In this document: positions 1 through 12,959 of the stretch, piece after piece
Layout: each line of letters starts with the position of its first letter
Numbering within the stretch: the stretch's first letter is position 1
DNA from: Octopus vulgaris
Taxonomy: Eukaryota
Direction: 5' to 3'
Length of the DNA stretch: 64,000 nucleotides
Assembly: GCA_951406725.2 (NCBI GenBank)
Contig: OX597816.1
Coordinates: 127,038,001 to 127,102,000, forward strand
Notes under the pieces: generated by a model
Told to the model about the DNA's origin: nothing
Databases searched by the model: none
The model's input: only the letters and a program-made list of their open reading frames with translations
Translations under genes and position numbers: made by a program

Positions 1-217
1 CCCTACTAACACGGGGCTTAAGTGCCAGTAAGGCGATGCTGGTAATGATCACACTTGAATGGTGCCTTTTATGTGCCACTAGCACAGAAGCCGGTTAGCC
101 GCTCTGTCAACAATCACACTCATATGGTGCTCTTTGCACCCTGCTAGCATGGATGCCAGTCATCGAATTTGATTTTGATTTCACTTGCCTCAATAGGTCT
201 TCACAAGCAGAGTTTAG
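1..217 (-). mobile_element. 3' UTR/ORF end of an RTE-type LINE-derived repeat (partial)
   Basis: Has the GGTGC(T/C)TTTTATGTGCCAC unit and GATTTT tandem seen in copies at 55678-56060 and 59994-60360. Confidence 0.6.
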
Positions 218-1779
218 CTCCCCTACCATGCAGGTATGGGTCAGATTGTTTGAAAGAAGCCAACCAGGTAGAAGACTACCCCAGGCTACTTTAATGAAAA
301 ATTTCTAAGTAATTTTCCTATGATAGATGTAGTGTAAACATTTTCACAAACAATCTCAAAGTAAGTTTGGTAATGATTTTTAATGAAAATAATTGAATAA
401 AGGTAGTAAAGAACAGGAGAGGAAGAGAAAATGAGACAGTCAGACAGACAGACAAATACAAACATTTTGAAGAAAGAAAGTGAAAGTAAGAAAGTGTGTA
501 GAAGAAAGGCGAAACGTATTAAAATAACAGAGGAAGAGAGAGAAGAGACAAAGACTAAATGAAAAATGACATTGGAAAAAGAAGCGATGGGGATAAGAGA
601 AAGAAAAAGTTACAAAGATAGGGAAACAAAAAGACTAATAGAATCAATAATTAAGGAAGAAGTAGAAAAAGAGAAAAAGAAATAATAGGGATATAAATAA
701 ATCTAAGACATTAAAAAACACTATTTATTTAGTAAATAAAAAACGCTATATATTTACTAAATAAAAAATAGTTTTCTGATTGAAGCATATAGTTGAAATT
801 TTCAATCATAAAATAAACCTTGGAAACCACAGTTTGCTAAAAATATTTCAAAATTGAAGTTAATAAGAAATTCCCGGACTGTGTACACTTTGATAATTGC
901 TTTCTTTTAGTAAAAGTTACATACTCCTCACAAATTAAAAGCAGCTTTCTGTATTATATATAGATAGATGGTGATAGCACTGCATTCAGATGACATTATC
1001 ATCTAGTTTAATAACTTTTGTAGTTTTAGTAAAGAACCTTTGATGCTTGTTTAGGTAAAAAGAAGTACTTCCATCAACTGCAATTATCCAAGTATTTGGT
1101 AAATAAAAATTCATTCTAGAAACTTTAAAATATAAAATCAACAAGTATGGAAAGTAACTAAGAATATCAGCTGATTAAAAATTTTGGATAATGTAGAAAA
1201 TTAGGCACTTTCATTCTGGCTACATTTTCTTTTGTCTATACAAATGATTGACCATAGTACATTTTCCTTTTTCTGCGTTCTTCTGACCCTTGTCTATATC
1301 TTTTTCTTCTGAGTAATGTTAGTTTGTATTATATTTCTCTATATGAGACGAAAGAATATTCCTTGCACTCTTTGAATGGTTACAGCTTATGTAAACTCTT
1401 TCCACACAGTTTTCGTGGATTCATTGAAGTTCCATGGGCAGTCTCTTTTTAAACATTGGAATCAATGTCAGCACAATGCAACAACTTTACAATTGATGGG
1501 ACTTCAGTAAGGTGCAGAATTTAGCTATAGAACACAGAGACACAGAACAGATATACTGCAAGGCATTTTGTCTGGTGCACTAACAATTCACTAAGCCACA
1601 GCCCTGGATTTTATTTATCTACCATGGAAGGGTGAAAGACAAAGCTGACGTCAGGAAGATTTTAGCTGGAATAAAAACTGCAAGACATTTTATTTGATAC
1701 TACAACAACTCTGCACACATGCACACACACACACACACACACGCATGCATGCACGCGCACACCCACACACACACACACA

Positions 1780-3670
1780 CATTTTTTTAAATATATTTTA
1801 TTCATCCTCCTTTATTACACTTATCAATTCTCTTATACATGATTTTAGGCATTTTTTACACCTGCTACTTTTTCTTTGTTATAGCTCTATATTTGTATCA
1901 AGCCATATTCTGTCTGCATGCAGGATATCTATTTCATATTTATATAAGCTCTAGGATGTTAGTAGTTTTTTTCTTGTTTTCCTATCAAAGCTCTTTTGTT
2001 CACCTAACTTCCAGTTTATTATGTTGAGCTGTAGTTCATCCCTGGGATAGCTAATGTTATAAGTTTTATTTCTAATATAGCTTTCACTTTTTAATATTAT
2101 TAGATCGATTTTTCTTTAGTCCTATCTTTTTTAATTTTTGTTCTCTATTTCTGTATCTTGCACTTTATCAATTTCATGTATTTCTAAGTATGTGTAAGAC
2201 GTTTTTGTTCCAATTCTCTGAATTCAGTGTTTAGATGTAAATTCATATTCTCAGTTTTAATTAAATTGCCAATAGCACATCTACTTTTCCCATATTCGTT
2301 ATTATGCCCTCAGTGAATAATTTTTAAAGGATCTCCAGTTGGGCATTGTCCTGGGTAACAGAAATTTAAGTTATCCATATAGTGTAGATGATGTATTATT
2401 TGATGTTAATATTGTTGATGGAGACTAAGTTGAGCAGAAGAGAGGATAAAGACTTCTGATGTGAATTCATGTATTGAAACAAATTTTGTTGTATCTTGGG
2501 AGAGTCATTACACCAATAATAACACACATGCAGGTTCAATTCCACTTCTTCATTACTAGTTAGTTGGTTTGATATTTAACCAAATGGCCAACAATAAAGA
2601 AGTAGAATTGAACCTGTTCATGTGTTATTATTGGTGTTACGACTCTCCCAAGACACCACAAAAACAGGATAAAGAATTATGCTAATAGGTTTCACTTCTT
2701 ATAGTGTAGGCCTGGTTATTAATGCCTTCTATTTGCCTGCAGTGAAATGGCTGTTTTCCATTGAACAATGCATGTTTTATGTACCTTGTTAGCATTGGAG
2801 CTACTTTATCTATATGCAGTGTCTCTAGTATCCAAATGTGTGGTATTCTTTCAAATGCTTTTTGATAATTAATTCATGCCAGCAGTGTTAATGGTTTTTT
2901 TTATCTTCTCTTCATGGTGTCTTCAGCAATTGCTTGGTTCCCTAGTAGCTGCTCATTACAAATATATTACTATATACATAAAGAGCAAGATTGTTACAGG
3001 GCATAGATGTAAGGATTTTGTATGTAATTACTAAACAAAGTTATAGATTTGAAGCTTTGGGCTTTTTGTTTTGAGAATCCATATTGCTTTCTCCTTTAGT
3101 GACCATACAGTTGTAAATTCTAGCTTGTTTATTCATTCATTGAATTCCATTACCATAAATTCAGGACTACTGGTTTGCTATTTCAACCAGAAACTGGGGA
3201 TTTTGTCAATCATGTGTAAGCTCCAGAATGCATATCTTTATCATGCTGCTGAATTCTTCACTAGTTTTGTTGGGCCATACTTTCTATGTTATTCTGTTTT
3301 ACTTATCCTTTTAATTTTTAATCACTTCTGGTTTTTGATTATGCTGAATTTTATTATTACATTTCAGTTGTTTTGTTTTTTACTGTATGCTTCCAATGTA
3401 CTATCAAGAATAGCTTTGCATGTCTTTTAAATATACAGTGTTTTGTTTCATATTATTATCATGATTATTCAGCATTTGGTGGTTTCATGCAAATTTCTAC
3501 TATATCAACTGTTTCACTTCTGTGTTGCTGGGGTGTGTGCAGCATTGTATCTTCTTTTTTCTTGTTGGGGGAGTGCAAGCTCTTCCCAGTATTGTATTTC
3601 ATCAGTTTCTTTTTGTTATGAGGTCTGGTGTAGTTTTTGTTGTATTAGTGTTAGTATCGTGTGTTGTGAA
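1780..3670 (-). mobile_element. Old degenerate R4/Dong-type non-LTR retrotransposon (RT region)
   Basis: Minus-strand translation near 2800-2960 gives CNEQLLGNQAIAED...INYQKAFERIPHIWILETLHIDKV, an RT motif of the WIDYxKAFDSVPH type. 1970-2220 resembles the young element at 46240-46500 at DNA level. Many stops and frameshifts. Confidence 0.7.
2453..2665. mobile_element. Short fold-back element with a 10-bp TSD, inserted in the old Dong copy
   Basis: Arms ~2484-2553 and ~2593-2664 are reverse complements. AGGATAAAGA is duplicated at 2443-2452 and 2666-2675. Confidence 0.75.
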
Positions 3671-3877
3671 TGAAATGCCTCAAATACTCAAATAAATAAT
3701 TATGAAGATAGTAACAGTAGTAACAATAGCAGAAATGAAGATTACATCTAGTGAAATGCTGTGGTCTGTCCATACAGCAGTTATGTTAAAATGAACCTTC
3801 TTTTCATACAAATCAAGGAGATGGAATTTTTAGATCTATTACACTTTCAAGAATATATTTTTAAAGGAAAGAAAAAG

Positions 3878-4379
3878 CTTTACCAGGTGCTCGTGAACGC
3901 CGGATTTTGATAGGTTGAGGACTTCTGCCAATTCTCGAGTTGTGCAATGTGGGTTATTCTCAATTAATGACTTGATTTGGTCATCATCTGTTGTGGATGG
4001 TCTGCCTGATCGCTCTTTATCAATAAGACTACAATCTCCAGCTCAGAACCTTGCAACCACTTCCATACAGTTCTTTTGGATAAAAAAACATCACCGTAAA
4101 CTGCGCATATTTCTTTGGCTGTTTGTGAGGCATTTTTCCCTTTATGGAAAAAGAAAAGCATCAAGTGCCGAAAATGAACTTTCTTATCTTCCATTTTAAA
4201 AGGCTTACAGAATTAATACAGCTTATAGGAACATAAACCTTCTTCCACGAAAAGATAGCTTAAACTGTGCTCTAAATGGAAGTGTAGTCAAATCCTATTT
4301 TATGGACTCAACTATGTTCTAAAATAAGTTGAAATGTAAGCTACTAAAAATTGGTACGAACTTTCTGGACAACCCAATA
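3878..4379 (-). mobile_element. mariner transposon 5' fragment (TIR plus N-terminal HTH, frameshifted)
   Basis: MEDKKVHFRHLMLFFF...ICAVYG...RTVWKW, then after a frameshift GDCSLIDKERSGRPSTTDDDQIKSLIENNPHCTTRELAEVL. TIR TTGGGTTGTCCAGAAAGTTCGTACC with TA at 4378-4379. Confidence 0.9.
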
Positions 4380-5199
4380 TATGTGGGTGGGAAAATTTGT
4401 AAAGCCAAATAGCTTTCTTTGCCACAGGAGTTAATCTAAGAGAAGCAGTAATAGCAGCAACAGCAGCATTGGAGCATGTGCTGCAACAGCATGTCACTAC
4501 ATCCACTATTTATTGGTGATTCCCTACTTCTGGTGGATGATACTTTTGCACCTCTCAGAGAACAACCCTCCAACCCATGGGTATGTTTGGATAGTCATTG
4601 AGGGTTTTATTATGTCAGAATGCAAATCCTACCTCAATCTCTTTTAGTCACCTATTATGACATGCAGAAGAAACCTTTGGTCTATTCTTTGATATACCAG
4701 CCCCCACTTAACACTAATGCAATGTAAAAGGAAGTGTTTTGTTTATGTACACAATATGACACCTGGTCCAGGAATTGAACCTATGATTTGGTGATCATTA
4801 TGTAATACCATAGACACTAGGTTACATGCCTTTGCCTAGAAGCAAAAAAAAAAGTTATATATTTCTGCAAATAAAAGAACAGAAGCAGACTAAATTTTCC
4901 CTCGCATCCAGTGGTACAAGTTCTCCAGAATATCTTAGAAGTTCTCTCAATTTAAAAAGGTAAAAGTTACAACACATCCACCATACCTTTAAAACTAAAG
5001 ATGCAGCCAAACAGGCTGAAATTGTTAGACATACTCCCACTTTCATTGTTCAATACATGGGTCAAATAAATACAATAGTAATGATTAGAGAAATCTGAAG
5101 CAGCATAGATCTGTGGCTAGTTGTCACTTTTGTATCATGGTATGAGTGAATGGTCAAGGCAAAGCTAATGAAAAGTGACAATGTTGTCAGAAGACATCA

Positions 5200-5830
5200 A
5201 AATGGATTTGCAGATGGAAACCTATATATCTACTTGCAATTTCTGACCTATTCTATCTTCCTTGTTTATCATCATTTCTTTTATTTTTGTCATATCAAGT
5301 CTTAGGCGATGATCTCTAACAATGTTAGCATAATTTAAGGTTTCTACAAGTGATGAATTGTCAGTTTTGCAAAGTACTTTTGGTAATCTCAGCAGTTAGA
5401 ATATTTTCTATTTCATCATAGCTACTAAGATACCAGCATCAGCTACTTCACTGACTGAATGTTTTTAATGGATTCTTCGTTACATCAGCCAGGTTTTTGT
5501 TTGATTACCAACTCAATGGAAACATTTTGTTCTCATTACCGCAATAAAGCCGATAAAAACTCCTTGTGAAGATTTATCTTCTGAACTGTCATACGTGGCA
5601 TAAGAACAGCCAGTAATGTCTAGATAAGGAAGTTTTCCCAACTCTTGAATAATATGGAATCATTCTTGCATTTAAACTTTAATTATACTTTAACCAGCTT
5701 CAAACAGAATTTTCATTTTAGAATGTTTTCCAATATCGTTCATTCTACATTCTGCAAGTGATAGCTGATAAATTTGACTTGCAAGTCTTTTTAATTCAGA
5801 TTCAATATCTCATCTAAACTCATCATTTTT
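5200..5830 (-). mobile_element. Degenerate Ty1/copia RNase H fragment (GalEa-like)
   Basis: Minus-strand peptides in copia RNase H order: DKSSQGVFI, PLSW*S, EVADAGILVA, KVLCKTDNSSLVETL, DHRLRLDM. Confidence 0.6.
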
Positions 5831-7977
5831 ACCTGGTGATTATCTTTTATTTATGTTTACTGATATATGAATAATATACATAAATCTTAGTATACACTAA
5901 TTTCCTTCTTGCAGTGATTAACATTCTGCCCTAAATACTCTTATGAGTGCCTACTTTAAATTATTTTTCTTAACACTGCAGTCACATCATCCATCTTATT
6001 ACTTCTGACCAGTGTAGGGTACATACACACACACACACAACATGATTCTTCTTATTTTCTATTGCATTATGCGTTACATCAATTACCTCTTTTACTTGTT
6101 CCTGCTCGTCTACTTTAACAGCTTGTTTAGTTACTATTCGCCATTGATTCACATGATTCTAGTTAGCTCAGAAAGGATCTTTATCCTACTCTTTTGATAT
6201 TCTGTTCAAGCAACAGGTGTAATTTCTTATTGTCTTTGGTTGTGGTTAGTTTTCCCTTTTTTTCACTACCTATTTATTTCATATTCCTGCTCCTGCTCAG
6301 AGAAGCTAGAAAAATAAAAAAATATAATTAAAGCAGTAATAACAACTGTGGAGGTGGCTGATTCTACAATATCAGCAGGTGCAATACTAGAAATCTCAAA
6401 TGCAATTTCTTCCTTCTCAGTTACAAAAACCAACTACAAGAATGCGAGAGCTCTTTTTCTAATCATAAAAAGCTGAGTACCACCTCATTTTTATTGTCTT
6501 AAATCAATGAAGCAGAGAGGGGAAGCAAAAAAATGGCAGACTCCTAGAAGCAATGTAAAAGGCAACAAAAGAAAATAATTGAAGTTCACTGTCCTTCACT
6601 GTACTTCATTCACCAATTGAAGAGATTTCCATTATTCCCTCAAAGGAGCAATTTAAAAAGCCCCTGTCAGTGCATGAGGAAAAATGATTTCAAGCAACTG
6701 GAGCAAAATTTATGCGTCCTGCTTCACAAAAGAGAACAAGGTCAGATGACAGTCTGAGTAGTTGCATCAGACATCTATTCATAGGATGAGGCATAAATAT
6801 TTGGGCAGCAAAATACAAAGGTCATGACCATGGACATAGTTTCAGGCATTGTTTTTTACTTGCCTTGTCAAAACCCTTTTGATGCTATACAAGCAAATTG
6901 TGAGCACCTATGTGATGAGAAATGAGTTGTGGCTGTACAACATCTGCATATGCATATAGTTTCAAATGATACCCTCAGACAACAATGCGCTCCAAAATCT
7001 GCACTCCATCGTCAGTGCAGAACAGAAACCCTAAGTGTCACAAATCTTTCCACCTTCAAAAACTGAATAGATACTGGGAGTGGGGAAGAGAGTGTGGTGA
7101 ACAGTAGCAAAGCCAAATCCAACAATTTCAGGACCGGAAGCTGCTATTACCAAATAACTACCATTTGCAGGTACTAGCACGGCTAAGGGATGCACTTTGT
7201 TCACTTATGATGAAATGGAATATAAACAGACATGGAAAGTTTTCAAGAACAATGAAACTGAAAAGAGATGAAAATTAATGAGCTCAAAATTAAAGACATA
7301 AATGTGTAAAACACATTAAGTGGAGCCTCTCCATGATATAAGATTCATGGTCCCACGAAGAAGCAATATGTTCCTGACAGCAAAATAATGCATTCTGAGG
7401 AAATTGTGTTAACTGGGGAGGAAATAGGATAGTTTTTAAGAAGCACTCAGATGTCTATTATACCACTAAACACTTATTCTTGTCAAATTTTCAGTATTGT
7501 TTCATGTTCAACACAAAAATTGCTTAAGGCATTAAGCTTCCAGTATCAAAAGTGCAAGTTAAGAAAAATAATTAGATGCTCTGATCTAACTGGTTGGTGA
7601 CATCTCAGCCATATGTTTGTGGGCTGTCCCATCTATTTTCTTATTTTTTAATTATATCTGTATTGTATATAGTTATCTTGTTAGTCATTGCATCTTGTGT
7701 TACTTAAAATATTTGAACATGCCATAATATATAGTGAATTATCTATGCTGCTCACTTAGTAATTTTAAAAAAAATATAACTTCTTTGTACATCACTATAT
7801 ACCATTGTGTCCTCTTTGTAACATGTCCATTGTATGTATGAATGGTGGCTATCCACTCAGACTTTTAGCTAAATGAGGTCGATAATATAAAATACCAAAC
7901 AATTATTAGGACTGATTGAGTTAACTATTTCCTTCCCTCAAATTTCTGCTGGTGTATTTGTGCTAAAAACAATTCAT

Positions 7978-8222
7978 GGTGGTGGATTAGCAGAATAATT
8001 AAATTTGTCAAAAAAAAAAATGCTTCATAGTATTTCTTCCTGTTTTACATTAAGAGTTAAAATTTTGCCAAGTTCAATTTTTAGAGCCAACAAGGTCAGT
8101 TTTGCCTTTCATTCTTCTGGAGTCAGTAAATCAAATTACCAGGACAAGTACTGGAGTTGATAAAGCTTTCTGCTCTCCTTCTTTAAAATTCCTGGTCTTT
8201 TGACTATATAAGAAACTGTTAT
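7978..8222 (+). mobile_element. tRNA-derived SINE, family B (degenerate)
   Basis: GGTGG..GCAGAAT head, GAGTTAAAATT B-box-like motif and TTTGCCTTTCATTCTT core shared with 34527-34737. Confidence 0.6.
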
Positions 8223-9006
8223 AATTTTTATTGAATTTTGGTCTGATGGCACCTGTTTGCATTTGACTTTGCTATGGATTTAATTCTTTGCAAGTTGTTT
8301 TCAAAGTTGGATGACTTTTTTCTGTATGCAATAGAATTGAAAAAAAATAGGCAAGGTGATTTCTTCTGATTAATTTCAATGACCATTGGGCAGAATTAAA
8401 AATGCCACTATAAACATTTCTATCATTCGATAAAAAATGTCAGTCAGACATTTCATAACAAGTAAAGGCCTTGACATTTGCATAGGAAACACACGCATGC
8501 AAAAGAGAAAAAATATTGTAAAAGAAGAAATTAACATTTTGAAAGGAAGCATAATGTTTCTAGCTTTATTAACATGAATGAGAGCATTGTTAATGATTCA
8601 CTTAACAATAGCAACAAAAACAACAGCAACAACACACAGATTTGCAAATGCATACACTTTTGATAATGACAAGGAAATTCAGGTCATAAGCTTGTTCCAG
8701 TCATATAAAGTTTGGCAGGGGTCTGTTACAAAGGATTCTGTCTGTCTGCATGAGGATTTTATCCAGATGCAGGCAAGTAAAATGATGATGCACCCCTGAT
8801 TCCCACATAAAAAGGTGGGTTGTATGCCACAAAAAATTATTTGATGGAGGCCTCCTTCAATATGTGGGGTGGTATCTTGTCTGTATAGCATACAGCAGTG
8901 TCTATTTGCTATTCAGAACTGAGTGTAGTGCAAAATGGTAGATACAGATAGTAAGATTTTTTTTTTCTTCTCTAGTTTCAGCTCAGAGCTGTGGCCATAT
9001 ATATAC

Positions 9007-9040
<34 letters not shown>

Positions 9041-9044
9041 TAAT

Positions 9045-9274
9045 AGTTATTGCCATGCTAACATGACAGTCCAGGAAAATAGGACGAATGCTGCCATTGA
9101 TTAGCTCCAAGAGGCCATCGCCTCTAGCTAGCTATGTGACACACAAACCTGTGTCCATTATAACCTTTGAACAGGGGAGGTCAGCTGCTTCCCCTTGCTG
9201 GTCTGGCATCTACAGACTAGTTTCCGGGTATTTGCTCCTTATCAATGTAGAGCAGCTGAACCCAGCAGGCGTTT

Positions 9275-9275
<1 letters not shown>
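9045..9275 (-). mobile_element. Short GC-richer repeat between microsatellites, with hammerhead-like and HDV-like ribozyme motifs
   Basis: Flanked by (GA)n and (CA)n/(TA)n. Motifs are described in findings. Confidence 0.5.
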
Positions 9276-9322
<47 letters not shown>

Positions 9323-9399
9323 TCTATAACATATTATTATTAATATCAGGTAATCAATATAAGAAAATTCTTCAGAAAGATATATACATGTGTAAAAGA

Positions 9400-9970
9400 A
9401 TTGTTGTATTAAAAATATAAATATATGTAAATATGTATAAGTATAAATATATAATGTATATGACAGTTTAAAAGTTTTGAATTAAGTTTTTAAAGCATCT
9501 TACGATCGTTTCACAGAAGTGCTGTCCCTATAATGGAATCCTATATTGATAAGCATTTATAGACAACTCTTCTGCTCTTCAGAGATATAAAATTTGAATT
9601 TTGTATAATATATCGAATGGTAGTTCTTTTAAAACTATGAAGTAATACTATAAAATGGTGTTTGTTTGAAATATAAATTAAAAATGAAAAATTACTGCTT
9701 TTGATTTTAGTAAGTACACTTTAGTATGAGAGTCTTTAAATCCATATATACTTCCTTGGTTAGTTTTCTGTATTAATCCATAATAGTTATGTGTAAAATC
9801 CATTAAATTGTCTTGTATTGTTCATAGACTTAGATAATATAGAATAATGGAATCCTATATTGATAAGCATTTATAGATAACTCTTCTGCTCTTCAGTAAT
9901 ATCAAATGTGAAATTTGTATAATTTAATGAATGGTAGTTTTCCCAGATTACTTCATAATTTTAAAATTAT
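9400..9970 (-). mobile_element. Penelope-like pseudo-LTR remnant (partial direct repeat plus terminal inversion)
   Basis: 9531-9625 is repeated at 9845-9940. 9947-9966 is the reverse complement of 9627-9646 (one mismatch). Contains the hammerhead. Confidence 0.6.
9497..9586 (-). ncRNA. Type I hammerhead ribozyme (Penelope-type, long stem II)
   Basis: Minus strand reads AUCU-CUGAAGA-GCAGAAGAGUUGUCUAUAA...UUAUAGGGACAGCACUUCUGU-GAAA-CGAUCG-UA-AGAU. All core nucleotides present, stem I AUCU/AGAU, palindromic stem III. Confidence 0.8.
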
Positions 9971-10665
9971 GCAGAAGTTTTGCTTATGTGAAACATGCAA
10001 GTAACAGACTGCTGATGAGAACCAAATGATCAGTTTGTGAATAGTTATATCTAGCTACCAAGAGGATATTGGTAATTTGTTTACTCATTCCAGCATCTGA
10101 GTTGCTCATATGCATTTTTAGGACAGAGCATTTTGTGTACAAAAATGCTAATTGCACAGAAGCAGAATATTACTTGGATTGTGCAGTGTTCTGAACATAT
10201 CTAGCTAGTTACTTTTCATTTGTGTGGGGGTAGGTTACCTTTTTTTTGTTACTTAAATTTGTTTATGTTTTTATATAAATCCATTTGTTTATTTTGTATA
10301 ATTTCATATCTAAGTTTATATTACCAACTTCTAGCATTAACATTAATGTATAATGCCCTTTTGACAAGGATATTACACATTACTAGATATAATATATAAT
10401 GGTCTTGCTGTATCACTTGTATTTTATATCATTATTTATGTGCAATTCTACATGTCATCATATCTCCTTTTATTGGAAAATCTGGATAAAGGAAGGGATC
10501 TTGGCAAAATAAATGAAATAATCAACTCATATTTTTCTTTATTATTACCACCAGGTCTCATTTATTCATACAATAAAAATGCATGGGAAATATAGATTGA
10601 TAGCATCATGTGAGTGTCAAACAACCTGCCTAGCAGATCAATTCAACACTACAATCTGAGTTTAA

Positions 10666-10873
10666 CCCTTTCGTTAAACTGGCTCGAGCTCTTTAGTACA
10701 AATGTCTTGTTTTCATAAGTTTTGAATTAAAATCTTCCACTAAACCTTAGTCACAATTTATGTTCCTAACTCTAGCTGAATGATAACTAAGTTATTTTAC
10801 TAAATTCTTTGTTATATTTAACATAATTGAAAGAAACACAGAACATCTCAAAATAAATACAGTAACAAAAGGG
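10666..10873. mobile_element. piggyBac-like MITE inserted in a SINE B-box
   Basis: TTAA at 10662-10665 and 10874-10877. TIRs CCCTTTCGTTA / TAACAAAAGGG. Removing it restores CTGAGTTTAAATCC followed by the SINE core (10878-10990). Confidence 0.85.
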
Positions 10874-11505
10874 TTAAATCCTGCTGCAGTCAATCTCACC
10901 TTTCATCCTTTCAAGGTCGATAAAATAATATGTACCAGTCAAGTACTGGGGTTGATTTAATAACTGGCTTTATGACTAAATTGGAAACAAATATTTCTAA
11001 TATTTCCCCAAAGTTTGGATATTGGGATTTGCTTATCTCGGTATTACAGGCAATACTCTGTTAATATCTCTGAGCCAGTAACAAAACTAAGTTTAAGATT
11101 AACAATCAAACAATAACCGCAACAAATCAAAATAAAACATATTGCATGCAAAATATGTGAAATAACTCCCCTAACTCTGTGTGTGTGTGATGAATAATAT
11201 CTTAGTGGTGCATTTTTATCGCATACAAACATACAAAATTTTACTCAGGAAACCATAGACATTCAGTCATTATTTTATCATGCCACAATCCAAATAAACA
11301 TTCATTTTTCAAAGCCAGATGTACTTTTCAATGTGTATATATCCAATCTGTAAACATATACCAGTAGATATTGATTGATACAGTCTTAGGAAGTATTTTT
11401 TTATACCTGTTGTTCAGAAGAAGTCTATTTATACTTCTCTGTTGCAAACAAAATAACAGCCAGCTTATGGATATTTGACTTCTATGAAGAAATAATATAT
11501 CTTGA

Positions 11506-11640
11506 TCGTCATCAACATCATCTTTGTTTTAACGTCCACTTTTTCATGCTTGCATGGGTCTGATGGAATTAATTGAGGCAAATTTTGAGTGGTTGAATGC
11601 CTGTCTTGTTGCTAGCCCTTCCCTGTTTCCAAGTAAGGTT
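11506..11640 (-). mobile_element. RTE-type 3' tail repeat (degenerate)
   Basis: CATCA...TTTAACGTCCACTTTTTCATGCTTGCATGGG terminus shared with 59994-60050. Confidence 0.6.
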
Positions 11641-12959
11641 ATAATCCTCTTATAATCCCTTAGTCTATTCAACAATGAACTTCTTGGACAAAGTTAGAGG
11701 ATTGAATGAAAACAAATCACGCTGTTTGAATGAGGCTTTTGTTTATAAAAATTACATGTGTCAAAGCATTTCAAGACATATTTTTGTAGTCGAATGCAAG
11801 CAAATGATACAGTCTACTTCAACAGAAAGCCTATTAAGAGTAAACAAACACAATAAGATATATAAGCTTACTCACTCACACAAACACCTGTGCAAGATTC
11901 ACTTCTTAGTTTCTATCTTCCAGTTTCATTTGTAAGGTATTATTCAACCCAATGATGTAACAGAGAACACTTGCTAACCACATTCAAGCAGTTGGACCAA
12001 ATTTATTGCCACATAGTTCTAAAGCAAACTTTTTAGCCACATATCCTTGCCAAGCTAAGAAAATTATATTGGAATTTTGTCTTTACATCAAACTGATATA
12101 AGAAAGGAAGTGATTAAAATTCATATATGATTAATCCACGTACTTTGCTTACAATTAGGAACGTGTGAATGTTATGAAAAATGAAATCTGATTCAAATTG
12201 TATCAGCTGATACATGTTCATAGCTAAGGAGAATAGCCTTACAAGTAATTTAGTTATTTGTATGCTTATAATTAAATTCATACTCAAATGAAGATAATAG
12301 GGAACAATAACTTTTGCTGCATATGAAAATTTATTAGTGGGAATAAACTTATTTTCATAAATATCTCTGTCTGTATCTAAATAGGTAAGCCAATTCTGCT
12401 TAAATTTTCTTTGTGAAGACATAATTTCTAATAAAAACATTTTATTTGGATAAATGTGCCTCTGAATCAATCAAATATCAATGTAATAAATGTTCAATGT
12501 CCTTTTGTAATTAAATCAGCACAAGTGGAAATTATTAATCAGTCAGGTTTTGAAGTGCAATAAGTTCAGGAAAGTTCATAATGTATATTTAGTTAAGAAA
12601 TATGACTTAAATTGTTGACTGGAGAACTAACATTAGTACACACAGAATATAGGCTCAACAGGCAATAATTGATTATTTTGTAAGTACAAACACATCTGTA
12701 TATGTGGATAGGCATCTGGCATTGTTTATCTAAAGGTTTATATAGTTTGCATAGTTTGTACACTACTAGAATTATAAACTATCATTAAAATTTTGCTTTC
12801 ATTCTGCTTCATTAAAAAGAAATCTGGTCTTCTTTCTCTATATTTTCCAATGGAATTCCATAACTTTAACACTATTTGTGCCCTGCCCAAAACTAGTATT
12901 GTATCATTAGCTAAGCCCTTGTAAAATATTAAATAAATAAAAAGATTTTGTGATAAATG

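Noticed and set aside
2455-2482. CTGATGT...GAAAC as a hammerhead
   Set aside because: The homologous segment at 19961-19990 reads TTTTATGTGAAG, and stems I and III cannot be formed.
6300-7300. Possible old LINE or SINE remnants (also 1270-1480, 29750-30200)
   Set aside because: Composition suggests decayed coding sequence, but I could not recover convincing ordered motifs.
10011-10045. CTGATGAG motif (also CTGATGA at ~52476, ~55598 and ~57726)
   Set aside because: No correctly placed GAAA or flanking stems.
12375-12392. Other AGGTAAG sites (also ~14906, ~44259)
   Set aside because: No polypyrimidine tract upstream, unlike 16688.
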